This document shows, piece after piece, positions 24,247 to 33,712 of a stretch of DNA of 64,000 nucleotides. Position 1 is the stretch's first letter. Each line of letters begins with the position of its first letter. The DNA lies in NCBI RefSeq assembly GCF_006345805.1, contig NC_042999.1, forward strand, positions 116,002,001 to 116,066,000, given 5' to 3'. Origin of the DNA: Octopus sinensis. Its lineage: Eukaryota. Made by a program: the position numbers and the translations under genes. The notes under the pieces are model-generated. The model saw only the letters and a program-made list of their open reading frames with translations, had not been told where the DNA came from and searched no databases.

Positions 24247-24289
24247 TGAACCTGAAGATTGCATAAGTGCAAGAAAGTATACTAGTTCA
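24247..24289 (+). ncRNA. 43-nt minimal type-I hammerhead ribozyme, fully paired
   Basis: tgaac-CTGAAGA-ttgca/taag/tgcaa-GAAA-gtatac-TA-gttca. Confidence 0.85.
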
Positions 24290-24443
24290 ATAAGAATGGA
24301 CATTTAATATTGCGTTTGTTCAATAAGAATAGACAATTAATACTTCATTTCATTTCTTTTTACTCTGTTATTTTATATCTTATATTAATATTATAAGAAT
24401 ATAATAAAACGTGAAAAACAGACGGAGTTGGAATTCCTTTGAG

Positions 24444-24502
<59 letters not shown>

Positions 24503-24639
24503 TGTGTGGATGGGCGTGGGTGTATATGTGTATATGTATATTTGTAAGCATGTATGTTTCTACGTGTACGTATGTAGGTAAGTAGGCAGCTGTGTGTAAG
24601 CATATGCATAATCGATTGTAGTTCGGTGGGCCGAACAAT

Positions 24640-24900
24640 GCATCCACTATAAAGTGCTCTATTGCATCGAAGGAAGACCTTTTCAAGAAATGCTTATACA
24701 ATCACGCTACATCATTTAGGAGCTATTAGTAGCAGAACATCATTACACTCACCAGCCTCATATAGAGCCTCTAAATATTATATGAAAGAAAGGTTATTAG
24801 AGAAATGTAAACTTTATACCAACAACGGCAGGAGATGCAGTTTGTGCTTAGCAGAAAAGATTCAGATACCTTGTGCTTGAGATGTACCTCAATGTCAAAT
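24640..24900 (+). mobile_element. PLE GIY-YIG endonuclease remnant
   Basis: FKKCLYNHATSFR in one frame, then LLEKCKLYTNNGRRCSLCLAEKIQI. Confidence 0.72.
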
Positions 24901-25404
24901 TTTCATTCCTTTTTTTACGCCAAACTTTGACACCTTCTTTACACGAGCAAAAGTAGTCTTATACACTGGTCCGTACCACCACAAGGGAGTCTACTGCAGT
25001 GTCCCTTTCTGCCCTAACACTTCTCATGGTCGGCCTTTATACACTCCTTAATTTATAACATCCTTCACTTTATCTTTTTCCTTTTCCCCCCTATTTTTCT
25101 TCCTCCCCTCTCTTGTTTCCCCTCCGCCCCTTTCTCTTGTTATTCTACATTTTGCTTTCTTTATACTTAGAACTTATTGTGTGTCTACTTCTCTACACCT
25201 AAGCTCTACTGATAACTCTCCTCTTGCCATGAAGGTAACGCATAAGTCCTCAACCATGAGCTACCATCTCTACACATTTAACCACATTTAACACTTAATT
25301 ACTTTTTTCCTTTTAAAATTTATTATTTAGTTTTCTGAAATGCTTTCAGCTTTGCTGTGCTCAGAGTGAATCCAAATTTGAACACCTATTTTTGAAAAAA
25401 ACTT

Positions 25405-25697
25405 TTTAGGTGTTTCAGTCAGCTGATTGTGGCTATGCTGGGGTATTGCGTTGAAGAATTTTAGTCGAACGAATCCGGCGCCAGCACTTATTTTTCTTAA
25501 GCCTGATACTTATTCTATCTGACTTTTTTTTGCCGAACCGCTAAGTTACAAGGACATAAACAAACCAATAACTTGTCAAGAGGCGGTGGAGGACAAACAC
25601 ACACACACACACATGTATACAACAGGCTTCTTTCAGTCTCCATCTACCAGATTCACTCACAAGGCTTTGGTCAATCAAAAGCTTTAGTAGAAGACAT
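25405..25697 (-). mobile_element. SINE family B, partial
   Basis: Matches the family B body and tail in reverse. Confidence 0.75.
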
Positions 25698-26389
25698 GTA
25701 TGTATGTATGTGTGTATGTATGTATGTATGTATGGATGTATGGATGGATGGATGGATGGATGGATGGATGTGTGTGTGTGTGTCGTGCGTGTGTGAGAGA
25801 GAGTTTTGGATGGAGAGGGAGAGTACATGCGAAAACTTTTAAAAAGTTTTCCTCCGACCATTAATATCACCGAGCACCAGTAGAGTCTTTTAAAATTCAT
25901 TGATATTTCTCTTCTATTTACTAATTAATAAAAAAAATATATGGGACTGTACAACTGCTACACACTTCCTTGATTATCTCCCAAAATAAACTTTCAGCTA
26001 ATTATTGGCAAAGATCTATTCACCAGCAAACTAAAACAATTAACTCACTAATTAGCTTTTTGCGTCCCTATTACAACTAGTCTTTGAAAAAAATTACATT
26101 ACACTTCTGTTCACATCCTTCAATGCAGCCATCCATTCTGCACTTGTCTTCCTTCCATTGTACCATGCATCCCTAACCTAATGCCTCTAAATATATCTAA
26201 CTTATTACCTCAGCTCTCGAGAACACCCCGCTTTCTCCACATTTTCCCCTACAGCTTGTAATAATCACTTCATGGTTATTACTATAACCCCATACACATT
26301 GCTCTCCCCCAACATAGTTTTCCTGCCACATACACTGATGCATCATAGCTTCCTAAAATTTTATTCTAGCCATGCCTTTTGTATAGAAT

Positions 26390-28155
26390 GGACCGCGTGT
26401 GAACTACCGTCTGACAAAACTATTTCCAAAATTAGACATGTTTTCAGTCTGTATAATTTACTGCAGCTATCGCGTGATGCAGCCAAACTGTCTTCTTGTA
26501 GTCTTTAGCCCCGCGCTTTTCAAGCAAAACCCGAAGGAAGCTGTGAGTTTATTTCTCCCCACAAACAGAAGAGTTTGTAAGAACTTAGTCGGTTGCTATA
26601 CGTTGCTGTTTTTCTGTCACAGAGATCTCTGTCAATCCGTATTGTCCAAAAATGTGGGCAAAGTGTCTGTGCACTATTGTCTTTCTGTCTATAATTCAGA
26701 AATTTCGAACTATATTGACGCATACGCTGTTACACATCTCACTAAATTGCAATACTATAACACGTTTTCTCTCTCTCTCGCACACACTCACAGACACACA
26801 AATAGTAATAATTATTACTGGGTTTGTTCTGTTATACCCGCACGTATTACCAAAAATGTAACCGTTGTATTACTTTTAAACACAGCGCCAACTATTAATT
26901 AAATGAAGAAATGTTTTGTTGGAAAGAATCTTCTGTATTTATTTTATCTGGCGTTACTTAAACAGGTTACATCACACGCTCTTACTGTATCGAGACGACC
27001 TCGTGTCGTTGATCGCTATAGTACTTTGGTTTCCTAGAATCCCAACAGAAATTTCCTCCTTACTCTATTTCATCTATTGATGCTATCAGTCACTGCAAAG
27101 CAGTCTAGCATTTTATAGGCAAGTGAGTTAGGCTAGCGAAATTCATAACAAAGTTGAGCAACTGCGTCGATTTCACTAGGTTGTGTTTAGAAGTTGGTGG
27201 AACTCACCCACGAAATAACAATTTCTAACACTGGCTGAATACTTTTGGTGGAAGGGAATATTCGATGAAACCGAAACCAGAACGCATCTGGTCTTTAATT
27301 CATATAATTGGGAGAAATTCATCACCAGCGAAATAACAGATTAGTCACACAAATTATGAGCTTGTAGTTCAATAACCCTAACTCATATAATCTAACGGTC
27401 AATACCATGAACCAGTAAATCGGAGACATCGATGTATTTATTTCGAGTTCAGATCCATTAGGGCGATTTTTATCTTCTAACACATATTGTGTTTATAAGA
27501 TAAGGTACCATATCTAAATTCGATCAGATTATTACTAAAATAGGTACCGGTTATATTTTAAGATTAATTCAGTCGAATTAATCTAATTCTCTGCAATTAT
27601 TGGCTTACAAAAATGTCAATAGCTACAGTCTGACTCGAGAAGGAAGTTCGTCTCTTAAATAATTGCTACACTTTGAAGCATCCATAGTTCAGCTATTAGT
27701 CAAAGGGAAACAATACATATATAAAATACGTAAAGTTTGATAATGAAACGCAAATATATTTTGGTATATATAAAAATGACAAGTTTTAATCAGTTAGAGA
27801 ATTTTTAAAGCGATAAGTGAAGATATAAACGGATTTGCATTTTTAAATCAACCAGATTTTAAATAACTTGAAAAAAGAAAGTTCTTCGAAATTTTAAGTA
27901 ACTTGCGTATAAACAGGAAATAAAGTTAAGTTCTTCGAAATAAAGTTAAAATCAAACAAACAAATGTAATATGTAAAATAATATCAAATTAAACATATAT
28001 CTGTACGTTATATGAACCCTATGTTCACACCAGTTCTTCGTAAATTAGGTGTAGCTTTGCTTCGAAGTCAGGTAACTGCGACGAGAATACACTGTGTGGG
28101 CGGAATTATACGGAGTAATTGTTTACATAAAAATTCGGTAACATTATCACTGAAG
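26390..28155. promoter_or_regulatory. Largely repeat-free, CpG-retaining promoter/5' region upstream of HDHD1 exon 1
   Basis: Lies just upstream of the first coding exon, contains no recognised TEs, and has frequent CpG. GAAGATGGCG (YY1/TISU-like) overlaps ATG 28156. The TSS was not determined. Confidence 0.45.
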
Positions 28156-28213
28156 ATGGCGAAATACCGGCCTGTAACACATGTCATATTCGATATGGAC
28201 GGACTTCTTTTAG
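28012..28213 (+). CDS. HDHD1: First coding exon of pseudouridine-5'-phosphatase (HDHD1/PUDP/GS1-like HAD hydrolase); conserved start at 28156 with an in-frame 48-aa extension from 28012
   Basis: MAKYRPVTHVIFDMDGLLL-(D) matches the HDHD1 N-terminus (human PVTHLIFDMDGLLLD; HAD motif I DxD). Strong context aagATGG; phase-1 donor TTAG|gtaaat at 28213/28214. Confidence 0.88.
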
Positions 28214-28828
28214 GTAAATTGTGAATTCCTTTTATATTTCTCTTCCCTACCAAATTCAGTATTTTCACTAAGTGTATACGATTCTGTTCTTTCTATTATA
28301 ATATAATACTGTTACCGGTGACTAAAACCTGATCGCAATATTTTGTTTTGCCACATTCTTACCTGTGTTTGAAGAACTTTTTCTTAATACTCTTATTTTA
28401 TTCATCACATAACCAGGCAAGATACTACTGGTTTTCTGAATAATAAATTTGAAAAGCCCGCCTTGCTTTGAAAAGCATTTTTGTATCTTTTTGCCGTATT
28501 ATCGATAGGACAGGGGCACCATGGAAGATCATGAAATTGTGAAGCTAAGCAGTTGTAACGGGTTTTTAGGGTTTTGCTATCTGATGGATATGTAGAAGAT
28601 TCAGTATTCCAGGATTGTCCTTATGATGTGTGGTACTGACTGTTTTGATATTGTCAAAGAAGACTAAGTTTGTCATGTTTATCACCTTTCTTTAATAGAA
28701 ATCATGCAAATCTCTGAGTTGACTATCTTGCATATGCATGATTACACTGTAAAAGATCCAGGAGTGAAGAACGGTACCATCTCCATCAGAGTATATTTGC
28801 AAAAACAACAACGAGTAGGCTGTTATAT

Positions 28829-29122
28829 AGGCGCAGTGGGTGGCTGCGTGGTAAGTAGCTTGCTTACGAACCACATGGTTCCGACTTCAGTCCCACTGCA
28901 TGGCACTTTGTGCAAGTGTCTTCTACTATAGCCTCAGGCCGACCAAAGCCTTGTGAGTGCATTTTGTAGACAGAAACTGAAAGAAACCCGTCGTATATAT
29001 GAATATATATATGCATGTGTGTCTGTGTTTGTCCCCCCAACATCGCTTGACAACCGATGCTGGTGTGTTTACTTCCCCGTCACTTAGCGGTTTGGCAACA
29101 GAGACCGATAGAATAAGTACTA
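28829..29122 (+). mobile_element. SINE family B
   Basis: Colinear with 17276-17623. Confidence 0.85.
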
Positions 29123-29943
29123 GTATGGGTGTGAGGTTAAAAAGTTTACTTCCCAACCACATGGGTTCAGTCTTCTACTGTAGCAGTAGTTCATAACTGT
29201 AAGCTAAGTATGTTGCACAATATATCATCAATATTATAGTATTCCACATTTTGAAACATTTGTAATACTCATTTTTAGAGGAAAAATTTCATACTCTCAC
29301 ACCTTCATTTTAATTTTCACAATTAAAATCTTGGAAAAGCAAGAGAGAGAAATTCTGATTTATGCATAATAGATTTTCCAATTTTTTTTTCTGAAAGAAT
29401 ATAGATTATAAGTGTTTCAAAATGTGGAATACTTCATGATGAGAAATAATTTTTAAAAATTGTGATGGCTTGTGTTCCGAAGATATGAGAAGGTATAGGT
29501 AGACATTTAAAAAAAGCATGGATTTAAAAGTTTTAAAGGAAGTCCTCCCATGCATGTCTTGAAATGTGGGATACTCTAAAATGTGGAAAAATCCTGAAAA
29601 AACAATGAGAAATCCCAATTTATATAAGAGAGCTATTCAGGAAGTCCTACAAACATAAATTAAATGTCTTTTTTTGTGTTTTTAAATTCATAATGACAGA
29701 GTTTCTAGAACAAAAAAAATTGTGGAAAACACCAAGTAACAAAAACAATGGATGAGCTCCAGTTTGAACTGTACTATGATAATGTGCATGAGTCTGTTGG
29801 GTCATGCTTAACAAATGTACAAAGACAAATGTACAGTTCTTTACTAAGAGCAAAAGTCAAAATACCAAATTATGGAAGATATAAAGAAGCTTACTTTTTT
29901 TCTGAAAAACTACATGCTCAAGGTAATATCTGTGTGAAATACA

Positions 29944-30059
29944 TAGAAGTCAAAATCCCCAGAGAATACTAAGCAGAGAAGCAAGCTGCCAAGACCATAA
30001 ATACATACACACATACACATGTAAATGTATGTATGTATATGTGTATGATACATACCTAT

Positions 30060-30145
<86 letters not shown>

Positions 30146-30250
30146 ATGTGTGTGTATAGGTATATACATACATACATTTACATGTGTATGTATTTATGGT
30201 CTTGGCAGCTTGCTTCTCTGCTTAGTATTCTCTGGGGATTTTGGCTTCTA
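29944..30250. repeat. ~307-bp near-perfect palindrome with a (CA)n(TA)n(TG)n centre
   Basis: tagaagtcaaaatccccagagaatactaagcagagaagcaagctgccaagaccataaatacatac and its reverse complement ending at 30250. Confidence 0.92.
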
Positions 30251-30372
30251 GAATGACCACTGGTTTCATCACCCATGCCATAGATACATGTGTGTGTGTG
30301 TATATATATGTATGTATATATATATATATATATTATATATATATATATACACACACACACATACATACACAT

Positions 30373-30409
<37 letters not shown>

Positions 30410-31014
30410 TTCCCTATATATAATATATATATACATACCCACATATATGTGTATGCATACAAGCATATCTAAACATTTGTGTATGTGTGTGTATATGCAG
30501 AGAGACTACTGGAGGCTACATTGTGGTAGAGAATATTAAAGCAGAAATTAGATCATTCTTATATTTACATATGTATGTATGTACATGCACACACACACAT
30601 ATACATTCATACTTATATATATACATACTTATTTCTACATATATATGCACATGCACACATACATATATATATATATATACACACTCATACATATATACAT
30701 ATATTATATCACACACATATATACATTTGTACATATATACATAGATACGTATACACATGCATATATGTATATATATTCATTTTGTTATTGCTGTTATCCT
30801 TGTCATCATTGTTGTTGTTACTAACGTTTTTGTTCAGTGTTATGTTTTCATCTTTTTAGGGAATTCTCTTGGAAATTTTATGACTAGCTTCATTAGTAAA
30901 CTTTCCGCTGTCCACTTTGGGAAACACTGTCCTATTGCCTCAGGCTGACCTAAGTCTTGTGAGTTGATCTGGGAGATGAAACTGAAAAAAGCACATCATG
31001 TAAATAAATATATA

Positions 31015-31067
<53 letters not shown>

Positions 31068-31136
31068 GGAGTAAACACATAAATGTGAAACAAGGTGGAA
31101 AAAAGAGTACTCAAATACCAGGGGCAGAGTAATATG

Positions 31137-31188
31137 CTTTATTTAAAAGCAGCAGAAATTCAACAATTTCTGCTGCTTTTAAATAAAG
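31137..31188. repeat. Perfect 24-bp hairpin with a 4-nt loop
   Basis: ctttatttaaaagcagcagaaatt-caac-aatttctgctgcttttaaataaag. Confidence 0.95.
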
Positions 31189-31200
31189 TATATATATATA

Positions 31201-31313
31201 TACATTAGAACACATTAAGAGGCTTCCAAATAGGAAAGCCTTGTGCTAGAAAGAGCAGTTCTTTCTAGCACAAGGGTTTCCCATTTGGAAGCCTCTTAAT
31301 GTGTTGTAATGTA
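31201..31313. repeat. ~54-bp-arm hairpin with few mismatches
   Basis: tacattagaacacattaagaggcttccaaataggaaagccttgtgctagaaaga...tctttctagcacaagggtttcccatttggaagcctcttaatgtgttgtaatgta. Confidence 0.92.
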
Positions 31314-31431
31314 CACAATATTTTTATGTGAATAATATATAGTCTATTGACTTTTTTTTTGTGCTAGGCCACTGGTAATAATAATTTCTATAATTCTTAT
31401 TACCCTAATATTATTTATTATGTTTAAATAA

Positions 31432-31464
<33 letters not shown>

Positions 31465-31477
31465 AATAATAATATAT

Positions 31478-31515
<38 letters not shown>

Positions 31516-31664
31516 ATATAATATAAATGTATAAAAGGTATTGGTATCTAGAAGACCCAAAGAATGGCAGGTAGTGCTAAGTAAGTGCTAAGGACAGACC
31601 ATAGTTAAACTCTTGGTTCGATTGTGATATGAGTGAGGACTCAATCATTTATCTCTCTCACATT

Positions 31665-31712
31665 GTCTCTGATGAAGGTATATCCATAATATCCCAGAAA
31701 CAGATGTAAGAC
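31665..31712 (+). ncRNA. Type-I hammerhead motif, sense orientation within HDHD1 intron 1
   Basis: gtct-CTGATGA-aggtatat/ccata/atatccca-GAAA-cagatg-TA-agac; one mismatch each in stem II and the stem III palindrome. Confidence 0.68.
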
Positions 31713-31786
31713 TATATCTGTTTCCTTATAAATGCCCTAAAAACTCCTCACAGCCTTGGCTTTGTTATCTGTTTTTGTCTTATATA

Positions 31787-33240
31787 TCATCATCATCATC
31801 ATCATCGTTTAACGTCCGCTTTCCATGCTAGCATGGGTTGGACGGTTCAACTGGGGTCTGGGAAGCCCGAAGATATATATATATATATATATAGTCCACC
31901 TGTGCATACCTTCCTTCTTGTGACACTTGTGAAGACCTGTTGAGGCAAGTGAAAATCAAATCAAAACAAATCAAAATAGATGAACATCAATGGAATCTGT
32001 ATCTTTGTGGTACTAGTGCCGGTGGCACACACTTTGTGGTACCAGTGCCGGTGGCACACATGAGAACCATCCGAACGTGGCCGTAGCCAGTTCCGCATCG
32101 ACCGGCCTCCGTGCTGTGGGCACGTAACAAACACCATCCGATCATGGCCGCTCGCCAGCCTCATCTGGCACCTGTGTCGGTGGCACATAAAAAACACCTT
32201 CCGAAGACCCGACAAGACTAGTCAGTCCACCTGTGCATACCTTCCTTCCTTCTTGTGACACTTGTGAAGACCGGTTGAGGCAAGTGAAAATCAAATCAAA
32301 ATAGACAAAATAGATGAACATCAATGGAATTTGTATCTTGTGGTACCAGTGCCTGTGGCACACAAGAAATCCATCAGTGCCGTAGTCAGTGCGGTGGGCA
32401 CATGACAAACACCATCCGATCGTGGCCGTTCGCCAGCCTCATCTAGCACCTGTGTCGGTGGCACATAAAAACACCATCCGAAGACCCGGCAAGACTAGTC
32501 AGGCCATAACCCATGGCCCCTACCTGGGACGTAGTCAGTCCACCTGTGCATACCTTCCTTCTTGTGACACTTGTGAAGACCTGTTGAGGCAAGTGAAAAT
32601 CAAATCAAAACAAATCAAAATAGATGAACATCAATGGAATTTGTATCTTTGTGGTACCAGTGCCGGTGGCACGTGGCACATAAGAAAACCATCCGAACGT
32701 GGCCGTAGCCAGTACCGCATCGACTGGCCTCCGTGCTGTGGGCACGTAACAAGCACCATCCGATCGTGGCCGTTTGCCAGCCTCATCTGGCACCTGTGTC
32801 GGTGGCACATAAAAAACACCATCCGAGCGTGGCCGTCTGCCAGCCTCGTCTGGCACCTGTGTCGGTGGCACATAAAAACAACCATCCGAGCGTGGCCGTC
32901 TGCCAGCCTCGTCTGGCACCTGTGTCGGTGGCACATAAAAAACACCATCCGAGCGTGGCTGTCTGCCAGCCTCGTCTGGCACCTGTGTCGGTGGCACATA
33001 AAAAACACCATCCGAGCGTGGCCGTTTGTCAGCCTCGTCTGGCACCTGTGTCGGTGGCACATAAAATCACCCACTACACTCTCGGAGTGGTTGGCGTTAG
33101 GAAGGGCATCCAGCTGTAGAAACACTGCCAGATCTGACTGGACTGGTGCAGCTTTCGGGCTCCCCAGACCCCAGTTGAACCGTCCAACCCATGCTAGCAT
33201 GGAAAGCGGACGTTAAATGATGATGATGATGATGATGATG
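31787..33240 (+). mobile_element. Amplified RTE-LINE 3' UTR block: three ~315-330-bp units, five 61-62-bp units, (GAT)n tail, and an inverted tail copy at the left end
   Basis: Unit gtccacctgtgcataccttcc..gaacatcaatggaat at ~31893, ~32225 and ~32537. caccatccgagcgtggccg..gtgtcggtggcacataaaaa five times at ~32754-33066. 31787-31872 is the reverse complement of ~33152-33240. The same tail follows RTE ORF remnants elsewhere in the window. Confidence 0.8.
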
Positions 33241-33517
33241 ATATATATATATATAAATATATAAATGTATATATATATAAATGTATGTTTGAGTTTCAGT
33301 GTCGTGATATTGCCTGATAATTGTAAATGAGTGTCACTGTCATACAAGCAGTGTTATGTGTTTCCATTATTCTGTGAAAACATGTTGGCCATGGGGAAAT
33401 ATTAGCTCACTTGGAAACAAGTAAGGGTTGGTGATAAGAAGGGCATCTGGTTATAGAGGATTTGCTTCATTAAACTTTGTCAGCCTTGGTAAAGTAATGT
33501 TAAAATGATGATATGTT

Positions 33518-33712
33518 AAGGCAGTGAGCTGACAGAATCATTAGCACACCAGACAAAATGCTTTGTAGCATTTCATCTGTCTTTACGTCCTGAGTTCAAA
33601 TTCTGCTGAGGTTCACTATGCCTCTCATCCTTTTGGGGGCGATCACTGGGACTGATGTAATCGTCTTACTTCCTCCCCCGAAAATACTGGCCTTGTGCCA
33701 AAATTTGAAACT
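33518..33712 (+). mobile_element. SINE family C, CpG-decayed
   Basis: Colinear with 15719-15955. Confidence 0.75.

Noticed and set aside
25225-25265. Possible decayed hammerhead 3' of the plus-strand GIY-YIG remnant
   Set aside because: Both core halves are altered, so it is too degenerate to call.
26399-26902. 167-aa plus-strand ORF
   Set aside because: GTG start, no recognisable motif, and it includes a microsatellite.
28150-28180. CTGAAGA-tggc-GAAA over the HDHD1 start codon, resembling a hammerhead core
   Set aside because: No stem II or stem I; the sequence is explained by coding and start context.
32754-33066. CRISPR-like array of ~62-bp units with hairpins
   Set aside because: The units are contiguous with no unique spacers, there are no cas genes, the context is eukaryotic, and the block is part of an RTE 3' UTR.
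32389-33216. 275-aa repetitive ORF
   Set aside because: A by-product of the tandem repeats, with no recognisable domain.
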